A DNA stretch of 64,000 nucleotides from an uncultured delta proteobacterium. Lineage in GTDB: Bacteria; Myxococcota_A; UBA9160; SZUA-336. Position numbers and translations under genes: made by a program. The stretch spans positions 32,001 to 96,000 of the forward strand of contig CAVPHD010000001.1 of the NCBI GenBank assembly GCA_963704165.1. Reading direction: 5' to 3'. This document shows positions 46,890 through 56,529 of the stretch, piece by piece (position 1 is the stretch's first letter; the number at the start of each line of letters is the position of its first letter). The notes below the pieces were generated by a model. The model saw nothing but the letters and a program-made list of their open reading frames with translations, was not told the DNA's origin and made no database searches.

Positions 46890-48176
46890 ATGGGAGAAGT
46901 CGACATGCCGGTGCCCGACGAGCGAGCAGGGCCCGCATCCGACGCCGGGTGCCGATCGGGAGGAGCGGACTCGATCGGGTACGAGCACTCGCCGATCCCG
47001 GTGCGCGAGGATCTCCGCGCTGCGCATCGCCGCGCATGGCGACGGCTCGCATCCGCGGGCACGTGGTGGACCGGTGCAGAGCGCGTCGCGATCGCGCGCG
47101 AGGTTCGACGCGAAGCGAGCTGCGCTCTCTGCGCGGATCGACGACATGCGCTCTCGCCGAACGCAGTCGCGGGCGAGCACGCGCCGGCCACGCCGCTCGA
47201 GGCCGCTGCGGTCGAGGCCGTCCATCGCATCGCGGGCGATCCCGGCCGGCTCTCGAAGCGCTTTCGCGACGGACTCGAAGCCGCCGGACTCGACGATGCC
47301 GCCTACGTGGAGCTCGTCGGTGTCGTCGTCACGGTCGTCAGCATCGATGCGTTCTGTCGGGGGATCGGCCTTCCGCTGCACGCGCTTCCGGCACCGCTCG
47401 CGGGCGAGCCCTCCCGGTACCGACCGAGTCAGGCTCGCGACGACGGCGCCTGGGTGCCGATGATCCCCGCGTTCGGCACGACCGGGAAGGAGGCGGATCT
47501 CTGGCGCCGCGGCGCGACGGGAAACGTGATCCGCGCGCTCAGCCTCGTGCCCGAAGAGGTCCGGACTCTGAAGGACCTGAGCAACGCCCATTACCTGCCA
47601 CCAGAGCAGGTCGCCGACCCGAGAGCGCAGCTTGGCGCGCTCTCTCGCGCGCAAGCGGAGTTCCTGGCCGCTCGTGTCTCCGCGCTGCGCGAGTGCTTCT
47701 ACTGAACCAGTTCGCACGCGCTGCTGCTCCGTGCGAGTGGCGAGATCGAGGGTGAGGCGTACGACATCGAGACCGTCACGACGGGGGATACGACCGGATC
47801 GAGCGGCGTTCCGAACGGGCCGGCGCTGAGCGCCTTCGCCGAGGCGCTGGTCAGCGGCGACGGGAATGCACTCGCGCACGCGCGAGATCGCGTGGCGCTG
47901 GAGCTCGGGCCGGACGGCTTGCTCGACGTGGCCGCCGTCGCGTCGAACTTCGAGCGCATGGTCCGGATCGCGGATTCGACGGGCATTCCGCTCGATGCGC
48001 CCGTCGCGGCGCTGACCTCCGACCTGCGCGACACCCTGCACCTCGATCGCTTCGAATCGGCCGCACGGACCCGACGACTCGGGCGCTTCGGCCGGGGGCT
48101 CGCGTCCGTGCTGCGTGCGGCGCTCCCCGTCGTCCTGCGCCGCCTGCCCCGGCGTCGGGATCGCGCGAAGGACTAG
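46890..48176 (+). CDS. AhpD/CMD-like alkylhydroperoxidase-related selenoprotein (UGA 47703-47705 read as Sec; alternative start ATG 46905)
   Basis: ORF 46890..47705 ends at ECFY-TGA. The frame stays open (TSSHALLLRASG...) into ORF 47892..48176, giving CxxUxxxH. A hairpin follows the UGA directly. Confidence 0.85.
47707..47740 (+). promoter_or_regulatory. Candidate bacterial SECIS hairpin
   Basis: TCGCACG 47712-47718 pairs with CGTGCGA 47730-47736; CCA 47707-47709 pairs with TGG 47738-47740; G-containing apical region. Confidence 0.65.
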
Positions 48177-48541
48177 TCGCCGCCGCCGCGGAAGCGCTCG
48201 AGATCGCGGCGCTCGCGCTTGGTCGGGCGCCCGGCCCCCGGATCGCGCTGCGGCATGCGCACGCGCACCTTTCTCGGCTCGGGCGGCGGGGAGTGATCGT
48301 CGAAGAGCTCGCGCGCGAGCGCGGCGGAGAGGCGCTTCTCGGCGAGCGCCTTCACCTCGAGGATTCGCGGTCCCCCCTCGGTCTGCGCGCGCACGCGATC
48401 ACCGACGCGCAGTCCGTAATGCGGCTTCACGTTGTCGTCGTTGACCTTCACCCGGCCACCCACACACGCCTGTGTCGCTTGCGTTCGCGACTTGTAGACC
48501 CGCGCGGCGCAGAGCCAGCGATCGATCCGCACGCTCTCCAT
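48173..48541 (-). CDS. hslR: S4-domain ribosome-associated heat shock protein Hsp15
   Basis: VRIDRWLCAARVYKSRTQA, GAGRPTKRERR. Confidence 0.92.
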   Translation of the reverse strand: MESVRIDRWLCAARVYKSRTQATQACVGGRVKVNDDNVKPHYGLRVGDRVRAQTEGGPRILEVKALAEKRLSAALARELFDDHSPPPEPRKVRVRMPQRDPGAGRPTKRERRDLERFRGGGD

Positions 48542-48564
48542 CACCGGCAGTCTAGGCGGCTCGG

Positions 48565-50337
48565 TCAGATCTCGTACTGCCAATCGTCGTCCGACTCGAA
48601 GCGGAAGATTTCCGAATCCGGTCGCGGACGCAGACGTGCACGCGCGAGATCGAGCGCACGCTCGAGGCCCTCGAAGATCCGGCCGCCCGTGAGCACGAGC
48701 GCATCGGGACCGACGACCGCCCCGAGCTCGGTACTCGCCAGCAAGCCGTGAAGCCGCTCGGAGAGACCACAGAGCACGAGCGAAGCGCCGCGAGATCGCA
48801 GATCCGCCGCGAGATGCCGCAGGACCTCGAGCACGGTCGCGTCGAGATGCCGCGCGCGTTTCAGCCGCAGGACGACGACCTCGGTTCCGCGCGAGGCGAC
48901 TTCTCGGAGACGATCGGCGAGCTCGGGCGCGACCGCGAAGTTCAGGTCGCCCTCGAGGTGCAGGATCACGGCGGGCATCGCGCCGGTCTGCGCGTCGATC
49001 GGAAGCTCTCGCAGGCGGCGTTGTCCGCTCTGCGCGAGCTCGACCATCTGCAGCCGACCTGCGCGCCGCACGAGCAGCGCGAGCGAGAGCAGGAGTCCCG
49101 CGTACACGGCCGGCACCAGATCGAGCCAGAGCGTGACGGCGAGCGTGACGGCCAGCACCGCCGCATCGCCCGGCGTCGAAGCGGCGCGGCGGATCTGCGT
49201 CGGCGAGATCGAGGCGAAGCCCGTCAGCACGATCAGCCCCGCGAGCGCCGCCATCGGCACGCGTTCGAGTCCGGGGGCGAGCACCGGCAGGAAGAGCGCG
49301 ACGAGCGCCCCCGCCGTCACGCTCGCGAGCCGCGTGCGGGCTCCGGCGAGACGCGAGGTCAGCGACCGCGTGAGCGAGCCGCTCGTGCACTGCGCCCCCA
49401 CCAGCGCCGCAGTCACGTTCGCAACGCCTTGGGAGAACAGCTCGCGGTCGGGGTCGAGCGCGGGACCGCGCGCGGGCTCGAGCGCTCGAGCGGACGCCAT
49501 CGCCTGCACGGTGATCAGCAGCGCGAGCGCGAGCGCGGGCGGCAGGATCTCGGCCGGGTCGAACGCGCGCGGCGCGTGAAGGGCGGGCAGATCGAGGGCA
49601 AGTGCCGAAAGGCGCGGGAGCGCTCCCTCCCCTTCCGTCCAGCCGAGAAGCGCCGAAGCGAACGCGGCCAGCGCGAGCGCCGCGAGCGCGGCCGGAAAGC
49701 GCGGACCGGCCCGTCGGGTCGCGAGGATCAGCACCGGAACCGCGAGTCCCACCGCGAGCGAGTGCGGATCGGCGGCAACGAGCGCACCCAGAGCGTCGCT
49801 GAGCGCCCACCACGCGTTCGGTATCAGCATCGACGTCTCGTGCGGCGCGGGCTCGGTGCCCGCGAGCATCGGCAGGTAGCGGAGCGCGATCAGCAGGCCC
49901 ACACCGATGTTGAAGCCGCAGATCACGGAATCGGATAGGAAACGCGACGCCCGTCCGTAGCCCAGCGCGCCGAGGCCGATCAGCATCACGCCAGCGCAGA
50001 GGCCGGTGGCGAGCGCGGCCGCGATCGGATCGTGACCTCGGGCGATCGCGGGCGCGACCACCGAGACGCCGAGCAGGAGCGCGGTGGGATTCGTCGGCCC
50101 GGTCACCATGAAACGGCTCGAGCCGAAGAGCGCCCCTACCAGGGCGGGCAGCGCGGCCGCCGCCAGGCCCATCTCGGCAGGAAGCCCGGCCACCAGTGCG
50201 TACGCGACCGCCTGTGGAATCGCGAGCGCCGCGATCGCCACGCCTGCGAACAGGTCTGGAGAGATGTCCGCGCGACCCGTGCCGCGCAGATGCGGCGCGA
50301 ATCGGGCGAGCGCGCCGCGCAGCAGACTCCGCCCCAA
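48565..50337 (-). CDS. SulP/SLC26 anion transporter with STAS domain
   Basis: IPQAVAYALVAGLP, LFGSS, TGPT, SGSLTRS; STAS LEGDLNF..HLDAT. Confidence 0.92.
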   Translation of the reverse strand: MGRSLLRGALARFAPHLRGTGRADISPDLFAGVAIAALAIPQAVAYALVAGLPAEMGLAAAALPALVGALFGSSRFMVTGPTNPTALLLGVSVVAPAIARGHDPIAAALATGLCAGVMLIGLGALGYGRASRFLSDSVICGFNIGVGLLIALRYLPMLAGTEPAPHETSMLIPNAWWALSDALGALVAADPHSLAVGLAVPVLILATRRAGPRFPAALAALALAAFASALLGWTEGEGALPRLSALALDLPALHAPRAFDPAEILPPALALALLITVQAMASARALEPARGPALDPDRELFSQGVANVTAALVGAQCTSGSLTRSLTSRLAGARTRLASVTAGALVALFLPVLAPGLERVPMAALAGLIVLTGFASISPTQIRRAASTPGDAAVLAVTLAVTLWLDLVPAVYAGLLLSLALLVRRAGRLQMVELAQSGQRRLRELPIDAQTGAMPAVILHLEGDLNFAVAPELADRLREVASRGTEVVVLRLKRARHLDATVLEVLRHLAADLRSRGASLVLCGLSERLHGLLASTELGAVVGPDALVLTGGRIFEGLERALDLARARLRPRPDSEIFRFESDDDWQYEI

Positions 50338-50340
50338 CGA

Positions 50341-50814
50341 CTAGCCCTGCTCCGCGGCGGGCGGGAACTCGACCTCGAAGCGCTCGAGCAGTCCGAGCGC
50401 ACAGACCGCATGGCTGGGCTCGAGCAGATAGATCTCGACCCCGGGACGCGCGACGAACACCTTGGCGCTCGGGAGCTTCGCGACGTAGGTGTCGAGCGCC
50501 TGGGCGCGCTCCGGCTCGGCATCGAGCTTGCGCAGGTGACCCTGGATCGTCACGCGCGCGAACTTGCTCATGTTCTCGAGCCCCACGGCGCGCGTGTCGA
50601 TCTGCGCGCAGACGCCGTTCCCGCTGCCGAGGTAACGCCCCTTCATGGAGCCCGGCGAGGTGCCGAAGATCAACCGCGCGGCGCCGGCCTCGGCGAAGAA
50701 CATGACGGAGCTGTACGGTGGATCCCCCGCTCCGGGGCCGGCGAACGAGAAGACCGCGAAGCTCTCGTCGCGAAGCACCGAAGCAATCGTCTCGAGCTGC
50801 TGGTCACGGGTCAT
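50341..50814 (-). CDS. Pyridoxamine 5'-phosphate oxidase-like split-barrel protein
   Basis: PPYSSVMFF, LIFGTSPGSMK, VTIQG. Confidence 0.7.
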   Translation of the reverse strand: MTRDQQLETIASVLRDESFAVFSFAGPGAGDPPYSSVMFFAEAGAARLIFGTSPGSMKGRYLGSGNGVCAQIDTRAVGLENMSKFARVTIQGHLRKLDAEPERAQALDTYVAKLPSAKVFVARPGVEIYLLEPSHAVCALGLLERFEVEFPPAAEQG

Positions 50815-51025
50815 GAACGCCCGTCTAGCACGCGCGCCTCGGCATTGTAAATCCGCTTCCGGGACGTGCAGTTGTGCGCATGTCGACCGGGCAGGTCCGC
50901 GCTCCGTATCGGGACCCGGGAACGCCGGCTCAGGCTCGCGCGGCGGATCCCCGAAGAAGGACGGGCGCTTGCCTCGGGCGGAGGCGAGGGCTACTACGGT
51001 CGATTCCCAGAGGTCGGGAGGAGCA

Positions 51026-53780
51026 TTGGCAAAGTCACTCGTGATCACGGAGAAGCCCAGCGTCGCGCGCGACATCGTCGCGGTGCTCGGCGGCTTCACC
51101 GAACACGATGGGTACTGGGAATCGAACGAACACGTCGTCACGTTCTCGGTGGGGCACATCGTCGAGCTGCTCGCGCCCGAGGACGTCGATCCGCTGTACA
51201 AGCGCTGGACTCTCGACACGCTCCCCATCCTGCCGAGCGAGTTCAAGCTGAAGCCGAAGTCCGGGCAGTCCGAGCGCATCCGCACGATCAAGAAGCTGCT
51301 CGCCCGCGATGACGTCGAGATCGTCGTCAACGCCTGCGACGCCGGCCGCGAAGGTGAGCTGATCTTCCGCGAGATCCTCGAGTACCTCGAGTGCACCAAG
51401 CCGACGAAGCGCCTGTGGCTGCAGTCGATGACCGCGAATTCGATCCGCGCCGGATTCGAAACGCTCGTGGACGGCTCGAAGTACGACGGACTCGGCGCTG
51501 CGGCGTCGTGCCGATCGAAGTCCGACTGGCTGATCGGCATGAACGCGACGCGCGCGCTGACGCGGCGGCTGAAGGCACGCAAGGAGAAGACCGCCTGGTC
51601 GGCCGGGCGCGTGCAGACACCGACGCTGGCGATCGTCGTCGATCGCGAGCTCGAAATCCTCGCGCACGTTCCCAAGCCGTACTGGCAGCTGCAGGGGCGC
51701 TTTCGCGCGGCGGATCACGAATACGTCGGGATCTGGTTCGATGCGGACTTCCGCGCGCCCGAGGGCGAGGAGCGGGAGAACCGCGACGATCGGATCTTCG
51801 ACAACGCGCGCGCGAATTCACTCGTGGACCAGATCGGCGGCCAAGCGGCCGTAGCGAGCGAGACACGCAAGCCGAGCCGAGAGACCGCGCCGCCGCTCTT
51901 CGACCTGACGAGCCTGCAGCGCGAGGGCAACCGCCGCTTCGGCTGGTCGGCGCGCCGCACGCTGAACGCCGCGCAGCGCTGCTACGAGGCGCACAAACTC
52001 CTCACCTACCCGCGCACCGACTCGCGCTGCCTTCCGAACGACTACCGCTCGACCGTGGACGAGGTCTTGCGCTCGTTCGCCGAGGCCGGCCCGTTCCAGG
52101 CCGAGGCGACCCACCTGCGCGAGAAGGGTCTCGAGAACACCGAGCGCACCTTCGACGACGCGAAAGTCTCGGATCACTTCGCGATCATCCCGACCGGGCA
52201 GAATTCCCGAAACGAGCCTGTCCGGCGACGACGAACGTCTCTTCGATCTGGTCTCCCGACGATTTCTCGCGAACTTCTACGAGCCCGCGGTCTGGAACCG
52301 TGTCGAGCGCGTGACCGAGGTGGCGGGCCAGAAGTTCCGCTCCCGCTCGCGCACCCTCGACGAACCCGGCTGGCGCGCGGTGCTCGGGCAGGTCGAACAG
52401 GAAGAGCAGGTGCTGCCCGCGCTCGTCCCCGGTGCGACCGAGGCCGAGGCGGTCGACGTCTCGATCCTCGGCGTCGACCTCGAGACGGATCGCACGAAAC
52501 CGCCCCCGCGAATCACCGAAGCGCGACTGCTGTCGCTGATGGAATCGGCCGGAAAGGACATCGAGGACGAGGAGCTCGCAGCCGCGATCTCCGAGAAGGG
52601 GATCGGGACCCCGGCGACGCGCGCAGACGTGATCGAGAACCTGATCGCGAAGAGCTACCTGATGCGCGCGAGCAAGTCGCTGCGCCCGACGGTGAAGGGC
52701 ATCCGGCTCGTCGACGTCCTGCGACGGATCCACATCGACCGACTCGCGTCCCCTTCGCTCACCGGCCAGCTCGAGTTCGACCTGCGCCAGGTCGAACGCG
52801 GGGCGATGCCCGCCGAGCAGTTCATGGACGAGATCGTCGAGTACACGCGCCAGATCACCGACATCGCCAAGACCTTCGAGTACGAGGATCTCTACCCGGA
52901 CGAGGAGCCGCTCGGGACCTGTCCGCTCTGCTCACGCCCGGTCTTCGAGCGCTCCTGGTTCTATCGCTGCCTCGAGGTTCCTGGCGTGAGCGGCGACGAC
53001 GATTGCCGCATGCGGATCTGGAAGGACAAGTCGGGACGGTACATGGACCGCCAGACCGTCCGAACCCTGCTCGAGAAGTTCGAGACCGACGAGCTCGAGG
53101 GTTTTGCCGCCCGCGATGGCCGCACGTACAGCGCGCGTCTCACGCTCGAAGACGGTGAAGTCGTGCTGCACCCGATCGCGGGAAGCTCGAGCGATCGCGT
53201 CAGTGAGTCCCCGGAGTACGAGGTCAACGAAGAGCCACTCGGGGCGTGTCCGATGGGCTGCGGAAGTCAGGTCGTCGAGACGCAGACTCACTTTCAGTGT
53301 CAGGCCGGGATCGCGAAGCAGGCGGAGAACGACATCAAGGCGCGTGAGTTCGAGGCCGAGCACAACGAGGCCGGGAAGCGCCGCAAGCGCTACAAGGTGC
53401 CCGACGAGGACAAGCCCTGCGGCTTCCTGATTCCGCGCACGGTGTGCAAACGCGAGATCACCCGCGACGAGGCGATGAAGCTCCTCGGTCCCGAGCGGAA
53501 GACCGACCTCCTCACCGACTTCACCTCGCGCTTCGGCCGGCCGTTCTCCGCCATGTTGTTCCTGAAGGAGAACGGGCGGCACGGATTCGAATTCGCGCCG
53601 CGCCAGCCGCGCGGCAAGGCCGCAGCGGAGGCGGCGGACGCCGAGCCCGGCGAGGGAGCCGAGGCCGGCACCGAAGCGGCGGCTCCGAAGAAGAAGCGGT
53701 CCACGCCCAAGACGGCCCGGCGCAAGAAGGCGGCCGCGAAGAAGACACCCGCCAAGAAGGCATCGCGGAAGAAGGCGTGA
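51026..53780 (+). CDS. topB: DNA topoisomerase III (type IA), frameshift near 52196, Lys/Ala-rich tail
   Basis: ITEKPSVA, NACDAGREGELIF, DWLIGMNATR, SAGRVQTPT, LTYPRTD, SDHFAIIPT; next frame GIGTPATRA, LASPSLTG. GGAGGAG RBS before TTG. Confidence 0.92.
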
Positions 53781-54643
53781 GCAGGGTCCGGCGCATCGGC
53801 CTCGTGCAGCAGGCGGTCGGCGACGACCTCGATCGGAATCTCGCTCGCGCCGAGGAGGCGATCCGCGAGGCGGCGTCGGGCGGCGCGCAGATCGTCTGTC
53901 TTCAGGAGTTGTTCCGCAGCACCTACTTCTGTCAGCGCGAAGACGCATCGCTCTTCGATCTGGCGGAGCCGATTCCCGGGCCGACGACCGAACGCATGTC
54001 GAAGATCGCTGCCGACTGCGGCGTGGTGCTGATCGTGCCCGTCTTCGAGCGACGCGCCGCCGGCCTGTATCACAACTCGGCGGTCGTGATCGAGCGCGAC
54101 GGGACGATGATCGGTCACTACCGGAAGATGCACATTCCCGACGATCCCCTCTTCTACGAGAAGTTCTACTTCACGCCCGGCGATCTCGGCTTTCACGGCG
54201 TGGACACCTCCGCGGGCCGGATCGGCGTTCTGATCTGTTGGGATCAGTGGTTCCCGGAGGCCGCGCGGCTCCTGGCGCTCGACGGCGCGGAGCTTCTCTT
54301 CTACCCGACCGCGATCGCATACCTCGACGGCGAGACCGACGAAGAGAACGCGTCGATGCGCGAATCGTGGCTGACGGTGCAGCGCGGGCACGCGATCGCG
54401 AACGGCGTCTTCGTCTGCGCCGCGAACCGCGTGGGTCGCGAGGGAAGCTTGCGCTTCTGGGGCAGCTCGTTCGTCGCGGATCCACGGGGGCGACTGATCG
54501 GCCAGGCCGGCGATTCGTCCGAGCAGGTGCTGATCGTCGACTGCGACCTCGAGACCATCGAGAGGCAGCGACGAGGTTGGCCGTTCCTGCGCGACCGCCG
54601 CATCGATGCGTACGGCGACCTGCTCTCGCGTTTCCGTCGCTAG
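53777..54643 (+). CDS. aguB: N-carbamoylputrescine amidohydrolase (carbon-nitrogen hydrolase)
   Basis: CLQELF, YRKMHIPDDP.FYEKFYFTPGD, ICWDQWFPEAAR, YPTAI. Adjacent to agmatine deiminase. Confidence 0.9.
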   Translation: MSRVRRIGLVQQAVGDDLDRNLARAEEAIREAASGGAQIVCLQELFRSTYFCQREDASLFDLAEPIPGPTTERMSKIAADCGVVLIVPVFERRAAGLYHNSAVVIERDGTMIGHYRKMHIPDDPLFYEKFYFTPGDLGFHGVDTSAGRIGVLICWDQWFPEAARLLALDGAELLFYPTAIAYLDGETDEENASMRESWLTVQRGHAIANGVFVCAANRVGREGSLRFWGSSFVADPRGRLIGQAGDSSEQVLIVDCDLETIERQRRGWPFLRDRRIDAYGDLLSRFRR

Positions 54644-54644
54644 C

Positions 54645-55664
54645 ATGAACTCACGCCTTCGCATGCCCGCCGAATGGGAACCACACGCTTCGACGTGGCT
54701 GGCCTGGCCACACGCGATCACGACCTGGCCGGGTTGCCTCGACGACGCCGAACGCGAGTTCGAGTTCCTCGTGCGCACGCTCACGCGGTTCGAGCGCGTG
54801 GAGCTCCTGGTCCAGAGCGAGTCCCATCGCGGGCGGATCGAGGAGCGGCTCGGCGCGATCGTTCGCGGTGGCGCGCTTCGCCTGCACGTGATCCCGACCG
54901 ACGACGTGTGGATGCGCGACATCGGGCCGACCTTCGTTCGCGCCGACCGACGAGCTCATCGCGCTCGACTGGACCTTCGACGCGTGGGGCGGGAAGTACG
55001 CGCCGTGGGACCGCGACGACGCGGTCGCCGCGCAGGTCGCGAAGCTCGCGGGTGTTCGCCGTGAGCGTCCGGGAATCGTTCTCGAAGGCGGCGCGATCGA
55101 GGTGGACGGTGAAGGGCACGCTTCTCGCGACCGAGCCGACGCTTCTCGATCCGAAGCGGAATCCCGGCATCGACCGGCGGGCGATCGAGACGCTCGTCCT
55201 CGAGTTGCTCGGCGCGCGCACGACGATCTGGCTCGGTGACGGCATCGAGGGCGACGACACCGACGGACACATCGACGACATCGCGCGCTTCGTCGCACCC
55301 GGACGCGTGGTCTGCGCTCGCGAGCGGGATCCGCTCGATCCAAACCACGAGCCGCTCGAGGACTGCATCGCACGCCTGCGCGCGGCACGCGATGCCGCCG
55401 GGCGCGCGCTCGAGGTGATCGAGCTGCCGATGCCGCCGCCCGTGCACGCGGGCGAGGATCGTCTGCCCGCAAGCTACGCGAACTTCTACGTCGCCAACGG
55501 AGCCGTGCTCGTGCCCGATCTTCGACGCGCCCACCGACCGGCAGGCGCTGGATCTGCTCCGTCCGCTCTTTCCGGCCCGGGAGATCGTCGGCATTCCCTC
55601 GCGCGCGCTCGTCCGCGGACTCGGTGCCGTGCACTGCCTGACGCAACAGCAACCGCTGACATAG
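54645..55664 (+). CDS. aguA: Agmatine deiminase, three frameshifts (about 54947, 55112, 55518)
   Basis: RMPAEWEPH, DDVWMRDIGP, AWGGKY, LEGGAIEVDG, GDDTDGHIDD, ASYANFY and GAVHCLTQQQP, spread over several frames. Confidence 0.9.
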
Positions 55665-55673
55665 AATCGTGTC

Positions 55674-56529
55674 ATGCCACGGGCGGCGGCTCTGAAGCGA
55701 TATGAGTTCGCGAAGTACCATGCCCTCGGGAACGATTACCTGGTGGTCGACGGAGACCTCTTCCGTCCCCAGCTGAACGGCGAGCGAGTGCGCGCGCTCT
55801 GCGACCGCAATACCGGGATCGGGAGCGACGGCGTTCTCTCGTTGCATCGGCCGGACCGCGGCGCACTCGTTCTGCGGATCTGGAACCCCGACGGCTCCGA
55901 GGCCGAGAAGAGCGGAAACGGCATTCGGATCTTCGCCCGCTTCCTCTGGGACTTCGGCTACGTGAGGAAACGCGAGCTCGAGATCGCGACGGGTGGAGGT
56001 CGGGTCGTGGCCCGGCTCTTCCTCGTCGGAAGAGAGGTGCGGAGCATCCGCGTCGACATGGGACGTGCGACCTTCGCGAGCTCCGAGATCCCCATGCTCG
56101 GCCCCGAGCGCGAGGTGATCGACGAGCCGCTGCGGGTCGGCTCCCTCGATCTTCGTGTGACCTGCGTTTCGGTCGGTAACCCGCACTGCGTCCGCTTCGT
56201 CTCCGAGCTCCATCCCGAGGCCCTGCGCAGCTCTGGGACCACAGCTCGAGAACCACGCGATGTTTCCGAACCGGATCAACGTCCAGCTCGCGCGGGTGCG
56301 CTCTCGATCGGCGATCGACATGCTCGTCTGGGAGCGGGGCGCCGGTGAGACGCGGGCCTCCGGCTCGTCGAGCTGCGCGGTCGCCGCCGCCGCGCACCGG
56401 CTCGGTCTGGTCGATCGCAAGGTGGACGTGCGGATGCCGGGCGGAAAGCTCCGGATCGAGGTCTCCCCCGACTACGCGCTCCGGATGACCGGCTCGGCGA
56501 CTCCGGTCTATCGCGGGAGACTTCTCTAG
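55674..56529 (+). CDS. Diaminopimelate epimerase-like protein (Ser/Ser active site), frameshift near 56232
   Basis: KYHALGNDY, GIGSDG, IWNPDGSEAEKSGNG, VDMG, SVGNPHCV, FPNRINVQ, WERGAGETRASGSSSC, MPGG.L, MTG.A. Confidence 0.85.

Noticed and set aside
54645..56529. aguA and the dapF-like gene as true pseudogenes or programmed frameshifts
   Set aside because: All motifs are retained, no slippery heptamer with a stimulatory structure was seen, and the same indel pattern occurs across the window.
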